Positions 27,952 through 37,767 of a stretch of DNA of 64,000 nucleotides are shown here, one piece after another. The translations under genes and the position numbers were made by a program. The stretch is from Desulfobacterales bacterium (GTDB taxonomy: Bacteria; Desulfobacterota; Desulfobacteria; Desulfobacterales; SURF-7), in NCBI GenBank assembly GCA_018693105.1, contig JABHLN010000001.1, forward strand, positions 4,750 to 68,749, written 5' to 3'. The notes beneath the pieces were generated by a model. It made no database searches. It was not told the origin of the DNA and saw only the letters and a program-made list of their open reading frames with translations. Every line of letters begins with the position of its first letter. Position 1 is the first letter of the stretch.

Positions 27952-28733
27952 TGTGCCATCTCCTCAAGTGTCCTGACAGCCTTTGCGCCCTTATCTCCAA
28001 GTGATATTGTAAAATCATTCACATAAAGGTCAATATGCCCGTCAATTACATCGTCGTCAAGCTCCTGTGCATGCAGTTTAACATATTCCCGTGAGGCGCT
28101 CCTGTTTTCAAATGCATACTCCACAGATCGCCTGATAAGAGACTCAATTTCCTTCTTATAATCAATCACCGGATGATCTTTTAGTAACGCTATGCAGCCC
28201 AGGGGAATCGGCGAACCTGTCTCTTCCTCCCACCATTCACCAAGATCAACGATCTTCCTGCAATCATATTGGTGATAAATAAACCGTCCTTCATGTATAA
28301 TCACCCCGGCATCATATTTCCCTGATCGAACACCATCAAGGATATTGTCAAACTGTATAAACTCTACATTACTCATTTCAGGTTTCCATAGTTTAAGTAA
28401 AAGCCATGCCGTCGTGTGTTCACCGGGCACGGCAATTCTTGCACCATGTTTAGGTATGCCGGAAGACCTTCCCACAAGAAGCGGCCCGCATCCGTATCCA
28501 AGGGCCGCGCCCGAATCAAGGATCTCATACCTGTCTCTCAGCTTTAGCCATGCATGAAAAGAAAGCTTTGTGATATGAAAGGCTCTGGAAAAAGCACGTA
28601 TGTTTAATTCCTCCACATCATGAAGGTGCGGAGTAAAACCGAATTCGCCTGTATTTATACATCCATGCAGCATAGCATGGAATATAAAAGTATCATTCGG
28701 GCATGTGGAAAATCCGATATCAAGTGATTCCAT
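27933..28733 (-). CDS. mqnD: 1,4-dihydroxy-6-naphthoate synthase
   Basis: GFSTCPNDTFIF, DVEELN, IIHEGRF, DLGEWW, HIDLYVN. Start at ATG 28733 (TAATG overlap with ubiE). Confidence 0.93.
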   Translation of the reverse strand: MESLDIGFSTCPNDTFIFHAMLHGCINTGEFGFTPHLHDVEELNIRAFSRAFHITKLSFHAWLKLRDRYEILDSGAALGYGCGPLLVGRSSGIPKHGARIAVPGEHTTAWLLLKLWKPEMSNVEFIQFDNILDGVRSGKYDAGVIIHEGRFIYHQYDCRKIVDLGEWWEEETGSPIPLGCIALLKDHPVIDYKKEIESLIRRSVEYAFENRSASREYVKLHAQELDDDVIDGHIDLYVNDFTISLGDKGAKAVRTLEEMAQWKKIL

Positions 28734-29455
28734 TACTTCATTCTCCTGCAAATAATTATCGAAGCAACACCAAATGTCTGCAGATGGTGAGTAGTAGAAA
28801 CAAACCCGTATTTTTCAAGCATAACCTCTAAGTCAAGAGGATCAATAAATGTAGCTATGGTACCGGAAAGATATTTGTAAGCTATCCTTTCTCCGGAAAT
28901 CATACCACCTATAAAAGGTAGTATCTTCCCAAGGTACATGGAGTAAAGGCTGCTAATAATTTTATTGGCCGGCCTAACAAGCTCCAGTATTACGAATTGT
29001 CCGCCGGGAATAATTACTCTGTGTACCTCCCTGATAAAATTATCAAGATCAGGAATATTTCTGATGCCGAAAGCAATGGTTGCAGTATGGAACGTGTTAT
29101 CGGAAAAGGGTATCCTGCTTGCATCAGCAGCAACGGAATCTCCGCAAAGGGCATTTTTCTCAATACCCCGCCTCAGCATGTTCATAGAAAAATCCAGAGA
29201 AAACAACCTTGCCTCATTTTTATCAAGAAGCCTTGAAAGGTCACCGGTACCGCAGCACAGATCAATAACAGGTTTTCCCTTCACCGGGTCAATAAGACGA
29301 AATATGTTTTTTCTCCACAGGGTATCAATTCCTGCAGAGAGCACATGATTTAAAAGGTCATAAGTAGGCACAATGGAGTCAAAGAGATTCTGAATAAACC
29401 TTTTCTTTTCTTCAGGAGCTTTATTGTTTATCTCATATGAAACAGGGTCTTTCAC
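28733..29455 (-). CDS. ubiE: Demethylmenaquinone methyltransferase UbiE/MenG
   Basis: YDLLNHVLSAGID..WR, DLCCGTGD, AFGIRN, AYKYL. Confidence 0.93.
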   Translation of the reverse strand: MKDPVSYEINNKAPEEKKRFIQNLFDSIVPTYDLLNHVLSAGIDTLWRKNIFRLIDPVKGKPVIDLCCGTGDLSRLLDKNEARLFSLDFSMNMLRRGIEKNALCGDSVAADASRIPFSDNTFHTATIAFGIRNIPDLDNFIREVHRVIIPGGQFVILELVRPANKIISSLYSMYLGKILPFIGGMISGERIAYKYLSGTIATFIDPLDLEVMLEKYGFVSTTHHLQTFGVASIIICRRMK

Positions 29456-30516
29456 GAGTATTTCCTTATTATATTGTATCCGGAATCTCTCTTTACAGGA
29501 ATCTTTCCGGCATTCCTTATTATTTCTACCAGTTCATCCATATTGGTCATGGTCTCAATGCCGGTTGCCTTTACTACAACCTCCTCCATAAGTACGCCCC
29601 CCATATCATTTGCGCCGGAAGTAAGAGCTATCTGGGCCAGCTTCATACCTTCGGTAAGCCATCCAGCCTGAATATATATAATGTTATCAAGAAATATCCG
29701 CCCGATGGCAACGATTTTAAGATACTCAATACCTGTTGCAGGAGTAATATATTCCAACCCGGTACGAGCAGGTGAAAATGACCAGGGAATAAAAGCACGT
29801 ATTATTCCTGTCTGATCCTGAACATTACGAATAACCCTGAGGTGTTCAATCTGTTCCGCACTTGTCTCTCCCATTCCGTAGGTCATAGTAGCAGAAGATT
29901 TCATACCATAGATGCAAAGCGTATTCATGACTTCACACCACTGGGTAACAGTAATTTTTTTCGGGCTTACCTTCTTTCTAATCCTTTCCACAAGAAGATC
30001 CGAAGCCCCTGGTACTGAATCAAGACCAGCCTCTTTCAAAGACTTAACTATTTCATCAAGGGTTATGTTGTTCTTGCGGGATATATGAGCCAGCTCTGCA
30101 GGGGAAAATGAATGGAGAAAAATCTTCGGAAATTTTTTCTTAATAGTTCTTACCATTTCAAGATATGTATCAAAAGTATAATCCGGATGAAGCCCTCCCT
30201 GTAGCATAACCTGGGATCCTCCGGCATCTACAAGCTCCTGAACCTTTTCACATATTTCATGGATTGAAAGACTATATGCTTCAATATGATCTGCTCTTGC
30301 ATGAAAGGCACAGAAAGAGCATGAAGCTTCGCAGATATTTGTAAAATTTATTATCCTGTCGATTATAAACCCAACCTCCTCCTGTGGAAACACAAGACCA
30401 CGTCTCATGTCTCCTGCTTTTGCAAGATCAATAAAATCCCAGGAATAAAGTTCAAGGGCTTCTTCGGCAGTTATTCTCCCGCCGTCATATATTTTCCGTT
30501 TAAGTCTGTTTTCCAT
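29452..30516 (-). CDS. mqnC: Cyclic dehypoxanthine futalosine synthase (radical SAM)
   Basis: IDRIINFTNICEASCSFCAF, LQGGLHP, AFIPWSF, GANDMG. Confidence 0.9.
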   Translation of the reverse strand: MENRLKRKIYDGGRITAEEALELYSWDFIDLAKAGDMRRGLVFPQEEVGFIIDRIINFTNICEASCSFCAFHARADHIEAYSLSIHEICEKVQELVDAGGSQVMLQGGLHPDYTFDTYLEMVRTIKKKFPKIFLHSFSPAELAHISRKNNITLDEIVKSLKEAGLDSVPGASDLLVERIRKKVSPKKITVTQWCEVMNTLCIYGMKSSATMTYGMGETSAEQIEHLRVIRNVQDQTGIIRAFIPWSFSPARTGLEYITPATGIEYLKIVAIGRIFLDNIIYIQAGWLTEGMKLAQIALTSGANDMGGVLMEEVVVKATGIETMTNMDELVEIIRNAGKIPVKRDSGYNIIRKYS

Positions 30517-30526
30517 ACATTCTTTT

Positions 30527-31330
30527 TTAAAAATACTTTAATCTTTCCACTTTTCTTATCAATTCCAGATCACCGGCCGTTTTAAAATAAAAGTTCAGGG
30601 CCTCTTTCAAATCATCGGTAAATTCGAACTGCAACAGGTTGTAATATTCATCAATATCATACTCTACGTCAGGATATTTTCTGACAGCTTCTGCGATAAG
30701 ATCAGATTTCTCGTTTTTAAGACATTCAAGGGCATTATGATAAGATTCTATGACCGAACCTATCTTTTCCCTATATTTATCCACAACGTTTTCTCTAACG
30801 GCAAAAACGGCAAACACAACTGGAAAGCCGGTCTTCTCAAGCCATAGTTTACCAAGATCATACACTTTTATACCGGGCCCGGCTTTATACACCATTGCCT
30901 CATTGCCGATTAAAAGAGAGGCATCAAGACCATCCAATGATGGCATTGGACCTGAGGTTACATACTCCGGGACAGAATTGTAATAATTGGTCATAAGAGT
31001 CTTTAAAAGTACAACGGATGTATGGGATGCACTAGTAATTCCTATCTTTCTTTTGTCCAGATCTTCTATTCCAACCTTGCTCGCAAGAATAACAGATCCA
31101 ACATAACCGACTGAACTCAGGCAGAAATCAGGAAGCACGAGTACTTCATCATAAACATCAGCACAGGTAGCTGAGGATATTGGACTCATATCAAGTTTAT
31201 TTGTAATCAGCATCTCATTTAACATGCTTGGATAACCTGCATGAATACTAACACCATCTACCGGTTTTTTCTCAAACATGTGGTAGTAGAAAGGATAACA
31301 GTTAAGATAATCTATGTAGCCCAGTTTCAT
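30527..31330 (-). CDS. mqnA: Chorismate dehydratase
   Basis: LGYIDYLNCYP, DMSPISS, SHTSV, LLIGNEA, DLGKLW..TGFPVVFA. ATG 31330 used; alternative TTG start at 31348. Confidence 0.9.
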   Translation of the reverse strand: MKLGYIDYLNCYPFYYHMFEKKPVDGVSIHAGYPSMLNEMLITNKLDMSPISSATCADVYDEVLVLPDFCLSSVGYVGSVILASKVGIEDLDKRKIGITSASHTSVVLLKTLMTNYYNSVPEYVTSGPMPSLDGLDASLLIGNEAMVYKAGPGIKVYDLGKLWLEKTGFPVVFAVFAVRENVVDKYREKIGSVIESYHNALECLKNEKSDLIAEAVRKYPDVEYDIDEYYNLLQFEFTDDLKEALNFYFKTAGDLELIRKVERLKYF

Positions 31331-31344
31331 TATTATATTCTCTT

Positions 31345-32436
31345 TCAATTATTCCTGTAATCTGCGGCAGTCCTTACAGCCTTAAATCCAGCAGTCTCTA
31401 TAAGCCGTCTCAGGAAAGATTCTGTTCCATAATCAGGTGTTTTGGCACCTGCGGCATGGACAACTTTTTCATTGTGATAGGTTGCACCAATATCGTCAAC
31501 GCCGAAGTTCTGAAGAGTCTGGGCCATCTTGTCGCCAATATACATCCAAAGGGCTTTTATGTGAGGAACATTTTGCAGAACAATTCTGCTGGTGGAATAT
31601 ATGCGTATATCGTCATATCCTGTTGAGAGGCCTTTTGATTTCACCTGTGTATTTCCTTCATGAAACTGAAGCGGAACAAGTGTTTTAAAACCTCCGGTCT
31701 CGTCTTGAAGAGCACGGATTTTCAATAGATGGTCTGCAATATCACCTGCAGTCTCCAGGTGATTATACAAAATAGTTGCATTGGTCTTAAGTCCTGCTTT
31801 ATGAGCAGTTAGCATCACATCGAGCCATTTTTCACCTGATATTTTTTTAGGAGCAATTTTCTCCCGGATTTCCGGGCTAAATATTTCAGCGCCGCCTCCC
31901 GGCACTGCATCAACCCCCGCATCAATAAGCCTTTTAAACACCTCTTCAAGTGATAAGTTATTTACTTTTGCAAAATATTCATATTCAACTGCAGTAAAGG
32001 CCACTATATGGATATCCGGTTTTACTCTCTTTATTATCCTGAGCATTTTTTCAAAATAACCAAGCTTCAGCTCAGGATGGAGCCCTCCGACAATATGAAC
32101 CTCGTCTATACCTTCACCAACAGCTCTATTCATCCTTTCTTCAATTTCACCATGACTGAGAAGAAAAGCATTTTCATCATGCATATCACAGGAAAAAGCA
32201 CACAACGGGCATCGGAGTTCACATATATTGGTATAATTAAGGTTCATGTTTACACCATAATATGTAATGTCACCGTGCCACTTTTTCCTGAGATAATCCG
32301 CTATAATACCAAGATCAAGAATATCGTTTGTACTAAGCATATATAAGGCGTCTTCCATGCTCACAGGTATATCTCCGCAAACCTTGCCGGCAATCTCCTG
32401 AAGTTTTTTATTATTTATTCTATCTGTTAAGTTCAT
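31345..32436 (-). CDS. mqnE: Aminofutalosine synthase (radical SAM)
   Basis: NYTNICELRCPLC, EVHIVGGLHP, PGGGAEIF, HIKALW, EKVVHAAG. Confidence 0.9.
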   Translation of the reverse strand: MNLTDRINNKKLQEIAGKVCGDIPVSMEDALYMLSTNDILDLGIIADYLRKKWHGDITYYGVNMNLNYTNICELRCPLCAFSCDMHDENAFLLSHGEIEERMNRAVGEGIDEVHIVGGLHPELKLGYFEKMLRIIKRVKPDIHIVAFTAVEYEYFAKVNNLSLEEVFKRLIDAGVDAVPGGGAEIFSPEIREKIAPKKISGEKWLDVMLTAHKAGLKTNATILYNHLETAGDIADHLLKIRALQDETGGFKTLVPLQFHEGNTQVKSKGLSTGYDDIRIYSTSRIVLQNVPHIKALWMYIGDKMAQTLQNFGVDDIGATYHNEKVVHAAGAKTPDYGTESFLRRLIETAGFKAVRTAADYRNN

Positions 32437-32457
32437 AATAAATATTTTTCACCCATT

Positions 32458-33054
32458 TTATTCACTCGATCCCCAGCTGTTTAAGAGGCTTTGTTTTCTA
32501 CCCAGAAGATTCAGCAACTTTCCAACAATAAAATCCACAACATCATCAATAGTTTCAGGATGTGTATAGAAACCCGGAACAGGAGGAACCATTTCAGCAC
32601 CTGCAACCATGGCCTTTCGCATATTCTCAACATGGATAAGATTCAAAGGGGTTTCTCTTGGAACGATAATACACCTTCTCTTTTCTTTAAAAGCTACGTC
32701 ACATGTACGAACAATAAGATTATCAGCATAACCGCTTGCAATAGCTGAAAGAGTCTTCATTGAACACGGTACTACGACAACTGCCTCAAATTCTGATGAA
32801 CCGCTGGCAGACGGTGAAAAAAAATCACTATTTTCATACTCCTTTAATAGTCCGATTTTTCTTGTTACACCCCTCTTTTCTAACAGGTCTTTCAGGGAAG
32901 TATAAGCGCTATTGTTTAAAACTTCGTGCTCTATAATCTTTCTGCCGGTCTTTGATACAATTGCAGCCACTTCTTCTTCAAGATTCAGAAGTTCCTCAAT
33001 AAGTCTTATGCCCATTATCGGCCCGCTGGCCCCTGAAATAGCGACAATTATCAT
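32458..33054 (-). CDS. ubiX: Flavin prenyltransferase UbiX
   Basis: ISGASG, ASGS, PCSMKTL, PRETPL, PGFY.HP. Confidence 0.95.
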   Translation of the reverse strand: MIIVAISGASGPIMGIRLIEELLNLEEEVAAIVSKTGRKIIEHEVLNNSAYTSLKDLLEKRGVTRKIGLLKEYENSDFFSPSASGSSEFEAVVVVPCSMKTLSAIASGYADNLIVRTCDVAFKEKRRCIIVPRETPLNLIHVENMRKAMVAGAEMVPPVPGFYTHPETIDDVVDFIVGKLLNLLGRKQSLLNSWGSSE

Positions 33055-33102
33055 TTTATTTCCCCCCCCGATAAGGAATGATTTATATTTATTTTCACGG
33101 TT

Positions 33103-33945
33103 TCAAAAAAAATAAACATCCAGAAAGGTTCCGAAAAAAAGTATGGGAGATACAAACATATTGACCTTGAAGAAACTTTTTATAGCCAAAGACATATCCT
33201 CATTTCGTGCAAGTTTCTGCTGGTATAAGAATATCTTTCCTATACAAACAAGACTCAACCAGTAAAAAATTCTCCTGTCGGTCAATATCCCTGCTGCAAT
33301 CAATGAACTCATCGACAGCACATAACATGAAGCCGAAATTCTCAATGCCTTTATTTTTCCAAAACGTGAAGGTATTGAATGGAGGTTCTCATCCCTGTCA
33401 AATTCAGTGTCCTGCAAAGCATATACGATATCAAGACCTGCAATCCAGAACATTATAACCAGCCCGAGAATAAATGGAATAATAGTAAATCTACCTGAAA
33501 CAGCAAGGTATCCGCCTATAGGTGCCGCCGCTTCTACAAAACCAAGATAAAAATGAGATGATGATGAAAAACGTTTGAAATATGAATAAGTAAAAAGTAG
33601 AACAACCGCCACAAAAGAAAGGTAGAAGCATAGCATGTTAAGCTTATAAGACGAGATAATAAGAATGATGGAAAATATTACTGCAGTCAGCCAGACTGTT
33701 GCAGGTTTTACTTCACCTTTCGGTATCAACCGGTCGCTGGTGCGTGGATTTTTTGCGTCAATTTCTGCATCTATGACCCTGTTGAATGACATACCTGCAG
33801 TTCTTGCAGCTGAAAGGGCAATAGTCACCCATACCCATGATATGATAGTTCCACCACCGGCAAAAAGAACACCAAGATAAGCAAAAGGCAATGCAAAAAG
33901 AGTCTGTTCAAGCATTATGAGCCTGGAAAACTTCTTAAAATCCAT
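33103..33945 (-). CDS. ubiA: UbiA-like polyprenyltransferase (MqnP)
   Basis: TLFALPFAY, ARTAGMSFNRVID..DAKNPRT, YSYFKRF, DIVYALQD. Start moved to ATG 33945. Confidence 0.92.
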   Translation of the reverse strand: MDFKKFSRLIMLEQTLFALPFAYLGVLFAGGGTIISWVWVTIALSAARTAGMSFNRVIDAEIDAKNPRTSDRLIPKGEVKPATVWLTAVIFSIILIISSYKLNMLCFYLSFVAVVLLFTYSYFKRFSSSSHFYLGFVEAAAPIGGYLAVSGRFTIIPFILGLVIMFWIAGLDIVYALQDTEFDRDENLHSIPSRFGKIKALRISASCYVLSMSSLIAAGILTDRRIFYWLSLVCIGKIFLYQQKLARNEDMSLAIKSFFKVNMFVSPILFFGTFLDVYFF

Positions 33946-35380
33946 ATTCTTTCCATCTTTTTTCCACAAGCGCTCTGATTTCTTCAGACATTTTTATCTC
34001 TTCGGGCCATTCACGCCCCATACCTTCTTCACGGGTTTTTCTGGTAGCATCTATCCCCATCTTTCCTCCGAAATTTGCATAAGAAGCAGAATGGTCAAGT
34101 GCGTCAAGAGGTCCCTGGGAAAATATAAGGTCCCTCCTAGGATCAACATTGTTTAGAAGCTTCCATACTACAGTGCTTGAATCTCTTAAATCGATATCAT
34201 CATCAAAAACCGCTATAAATTTGGTCGAAGACATCTGTCCTAGACCCCATAGTGCGTTTATTACTTTGTTGGCATGCCCGGAGAATTTTTTATCTATGGA
34301 TACAAGTGCACAATTGTGAAAAACACCTTCCATTGGAAGTTCCATGTCTATAATTTCAGGAAGGATGGTCTTTATAACAGGCATAAACAGCCGTTCCGTG
34401 GCCTTTGCCATGTAACAGTCTTCCATAGGAGGTTTGCCGACAATAGTAGCAGGATACACGGCATCTTTTCTGCAGGTAATACATGTTACATGAAATACCG
34501 GGTAATCATCTGCAGGAGAATAAAATCCGGTATGATCACCAAAAGGGCCTTCCACTTTAATTTCTTCGGGGTCAACATATCCTTCGATGATAAAATCAGA
34601 TTCGGCAGGAACCATTATATCAACGGTTTTTGCCTTAACAATTTCAACAGGTTTTGAATTGATAAAGCCTGCAAAAATATATTCATCAATATCCGGTGGA
34701 AGAGGTGCCGTAGCTGCATAGGTAACGGCAGGAGAACCCCCTAAAGCAACAACGACATCCATACGCTTACCAAGATTCTTATATTTATCAAAATGCCTTG
34801 TTCCGTCCTTATTATACTGCCAGTGCATGCCGGTAGTATTATTGTCATATTTATGCATCCTGTACATACCTGCATTCTGGATCCCCGAATCAGGATCTTT
34901 AGTTATTACAATAGGCAGTGTAACAAATGGTCCGCCATCATGGGGCCAGCATGTAAGTATAGGGAGCTTGTCAAGCATTGGACCGGAATCATCAAAAATG
35001 ACTTCCTGGCAGGGAGCATGCCTGACTTTTTTGGGAAGAATATCTGCCACCTGTTTTAGTGTAAAAAGCATTTTGATTTTTTCGGTTAATGTTTTAGGAG
35101 GCTGAATATTTATATTTGCCTCAAGTTTTTCTGAAATTTCTTCTAAGGAATTGCAGTTAAGCGCATATTCCATACGCCTGTAACTCCCGAACGCATTTAT
35201 AAGAAGCGGAAATGAATATCCTCTAACATTTTCAAACAAAAGCGCAGGGCCATTAGTTTTACTCATTCTATCCGCAATCTCGGTTATTTCCAGAACCGGA
35301 TCAACCTCAACAGAAACCCTTCGAAGCTCCCCTGCCTCTTCCAGAAACTTTATAAATTGTTGTAAATTATTGTAAATCAT
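33935..35380 (-). CDS. ubiD: UbiD-family menaquinone biosynthesis decarboxylase (MqnL)
   Basis: CWPHDGG, EGPFGDHTGFY, VGKPPMED, GGKMGIDAT. Start moved to ATG 35380, downstream of the consensus promoter. Confidence 0.93.
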   Translation of the reverse strand: MIYNNLQQFIKFLEEAGELRRVSVEVDPVLEITEIADRMSKTNGPALLFENVRGYSFPLLINAFGSYRRMEYALNCNSLEEISEKLEANINIQPPKTLTEKIKMLFTLKQVADILPKKVRHAPCQEVIFDDSGPMLDKLPILTCWPHDGGPFVTLPIVITKDPDSGIQNAGMYRMHKYDNNTTGMHWQYNKDGTRHFDKYKNLGKRMDVVVALGGSPAVTYAATAPLPPDIDEYIFAGFINSKPVEIVKAKTVDIMVPAESDFIIEGYVDPEEIKVEGPFGDHTGFYSPADDYPVFHVTCITCRKDAVYPATIVGKPPMEDCYMAKATERLFMPVIKTILPEIIDMELPMEGVFHNCALVSIDKKFSGHANKVINALWGLGQMSSTKFIAVFDDDIDLRDSSTVVWKLLNNVDPRRDLIFSQGPLDALDHSASYANFGGKMGIDATRKTREEGMGREWPEEIKMSEEIRALVEKRWKEYGF

Positions 35381-35411
35381 AATCAAATTAACCTTTTTTG
35401 TTAAATAAATG

Positions 35412-35440
35412 ATTATAAAAAAACCGGACTTCAGTGTCAA
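35412..35440 (-). promoter_or_regulatory. Consensus sigma70 promoter of the futalosine operon
   Basis: TTGACA (35440-35435), 17 bp, TATAAT (35417-35412). Confidence 0.85.
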
Positions 35441-35546
35441 GGATGGCATTTTTATCTGTAATAAAATCCTGAATTAATAGCCTCATATTCATATCAATGA
35501 TCATATCCATTGTTTTTTTATCTAAATTTATGCAATATATAATTTG

Positions 35547-35700
35547 TGATGGCGTCGTAAAAAGTCTCCATCTACTGCGTTATAGCATTTGGCCAGATGC
35601 TTGACATACTGCATGTATGCCTTCACACCTGGCCAAAAACTATGCCTTGGATATGAAGATTTTTACTTAGCCATCAGTTATATATTTTACGAGTTCATCA
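35547..35700. mobile_element. MITE-like element family A, full copy
   Basis: TGATGGCGTCGTAAAAAGT..TTTTACGAGTTCATCA; flanked by ATTTG at 35542-35546 and 35701-35705. Confidence 0.88.
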
Positions 35701-35781
35701 ATTTGTGGTGGATATGCAGATTTATACTTAACCTTTTCCGATTAATCAAAAACGAAGAAACAGAAACGAATAAAGGGAAAA

Positions 35782-37557
35782 ATGCACGGCTTTTTTGGAA
35801 GAATTCTGAAAGTAGATCTCGAGCGGGAAAAATATTCAATTGAATCGATAAGTGATGACATATTCGAAAAATATTCCGGGGGCAAGGGACTTGCATCATG
35901 GCTTCTATACACTCACAATCCTGTAGGCATTGATCCGTTTGATCCGGATAACTGCCTGATATTTGCAACCGGACCTGTCACCGGAAGTTCTGTCTGGGGA
36001 TCAAGCAGGTACGGGGTCTTTACAAAATCACCACAGACAGGACTATATTCCGAATCATATTCAGGCGGAAGGGTACCTGAAGCTATTAATGCTTCAGGGT
36101 TTGACGCAATCTTAATCCATGGTAAAAGCAGTGAGCCGAGTCTCCTGTCAATTCATCCTGACGGTGCAGATTTCCATAAGGCCGGAAATATATGGGGATT
36201 GGATACGTACAGGGCTGAAGACGCAGTTAATAAAAAATTTAAAGGTCTTTATGGTAGTCATAAAACTGACAATTATAAAAAATCGGGTACTATTGTAATC
36301 GGTCCTGCAGGTGAAAAGCTTGTAAAGTTTGCAGTTATTGAAAATGATTACTGGCGTTCAGCAGGAAGAACCGGAACCGGTACAGTAATGGGTTCAAAGC
36401 GGCTTAAAGCAATTTTCTTTACAGGTGATAAAAAGCGCCTGCTGTTCAATAAAAACAAGGTTCTTGCATTTTCAAAAGAACTTGCAAAAGAAGGCCGGGA
36501 CGACCCGGGTGTTCTGGCCTACAAAAGCATGGGTACTCCCATGATGGTCAAAATTTTAAATAATGCCAATGCTTTTCCTACTCGTTACTGGGCTGAAGGA
36601 AGGTGCAGCCACTGGCAAAAAATCAGCGCTGAAGCCTTGCATGATAGATGCAGCGTAAAACCTAATGCATGTGCAAAATGCTTCATAGCATGCGGACGTA
36701 TGACAACAATAAAAAATGGCCGTCATGCCGGTTTGAAAATTGAAGGCCCTGAGTACGAGACCATATACTCATTTGGTGGCTTGTGCCTTGTCGACAGTAT
36801 AGAAGAAATTGCATATCTGAACGACATATGCGACAAAATGGGTATGGATACAATAACAGCCGGCAACCTGTGCGCATTCACAATAGAAGCTTCAAAAAAA
36901 GGAAAAATAGACTATAAAATCGAATATGGGGATGTCGATGCCATTGCAGATCTGCTTTATAAAATAGCAAACAAAGAGGATATAGGTAAAATCCTGTCTG
37001 AAGGAATAATTTATGCAGCAAAAAAATGGGATATGGAGGATATTGCTGTTCATACTAAAGGTCTCGAACCCGCCGGATATGACCCGCGGGTTTTAAAGGG
37101 AATGGGGCTGGCCTATGCCACATCAGACAGGGGAGCTTGTCATTTAAGATCAACATTTTACAAACCTGAACTTAGCGGAGTAATCGATCCTGACCAGACA
37201 AAGGGCAAGGCTGAACTGTTTATAGATTTTGAAGACCGCCTGACAATATTTGATACACTTATCCTGTGCCGCTTTTACCGGGATCTTTATCCCTGGGAAA
37301 AGCTTGAAGAAATATTCCAGCAAGTAACAGGTATAAGTACAGACAAGAATAGCCTGAAAATAATTTCATCATCAATTTCAGATATTATCCGAAGGTTTAA
37401 TATCAGGGAGGGGATGAAACCCGAAGATGACAAGCTTCCGGAAAAGCTCCATACAAAGCTTGAAAAAACAGGGCATACAATTACAAAAAAAGAGATTAAA
37501 ACTATGGTCGGAGATTATTACCAGCTTCGCGGATGGGATAAAAACGGTATACCATGA
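35782..37557 (+). CDS. aor: Aldehyde:ferredoxin oxidoreductase family (tungstopterin) protein
   Basis: GRILKVDL, KSPQTG, MGSKRLKAI, CAKCFIACG, GPEYET, DRGACH. Confidence 0.9.
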   Translation: MHGFFGRILKVDLEREKYSIESISDDIFEKYSGGKGLASWLLYTHNPVGIDPFDPDNCLIFATGPVTGSSVWGSSRYGVFTKSPQTGLYSESYSGGRVPEAINASGFDAILIHGKSSEPSLLSIHPDGADFHKAGNIWGLDTYRAEDAVNKKFKGLYGSHKTDNYKKSGTIVIGPAGEKLVKFAVIENDYWRSAGRTGTGTVMGSKRLKAIFFTGDKKRLLFNKNKVLAFSKELAKEGRDDPGVLAYKSMGTPMMVKILNNANAFPTRYWAEGRCSHWQKISAEALHDRCSVKPNACAKCFIACGRMTTIKNGRHAGLKIEGPEYETIYSFGGLCLVDSIEEIAYLNDICDKMGMDTITAGNLCAFTIEASKKGKIDYKIEYGDVDAIADLLYKIANKEDIGKILSEGIIYAAKKWDMEDIAVHTKGLEPAGYDPRVLKGMGLAYATSDRGACHLRSTFYKPELSGVIDPDQTKGKAELFIDFEDRLTIFDTLILCRFYRDLYPWEKLEEIFQQVTGISTDKNSLKIISSSISDIIRRFNIREGMKPEDDKLPEKLHTKLEKTGHTITKKEIKTMVGDYYQLRGWDKNGIP

Positions 37558-37587
37558 TGCATCAGCTTTTTAAAACGCCGTCAAGAT

Positions 37588-37741
37588 TGATGAACTCGTA
37601 AAAAGTATAACCGATGGCTAAGTAAAAATCTTCATATACAAGGCATAGTGGTTGATCAGGAGTGAAGGCATACATGTAGTATGTCGAACTTCTGATCAAC
37701 CGCTATAACGCCGTAGATGGAGACTTTTTACGACGCCATCA
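37588..37741. mobile_element. MITE-like element family A, full copy with the best-paired internal stem
   Basis: TGATGAACTCGTAAAAAGT..ACTTTTTACGACGCCATCA; flanked by AGAT at 37584-37587 and 37742-37745. Confidence 0.9.
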
Positions 37742-37767
37742 AGATTAAAGGAAAGGATAAAACAGGA

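Noticed and set aside
35782..37557. AOR-family gene as class II benzoyl-CoA reductase BamB
   Set aside because: No bamC-I partners are adjacent and the motifs fit a generic AOR; only a phylogeny could exclude it fully.
37717..37767. N-terminal extension METFYDAIK of the peptidase, and small ORFs at 13513, 5907, 35589 and 38759
   Set aside because: These frames come largely from the repeated element sequence.
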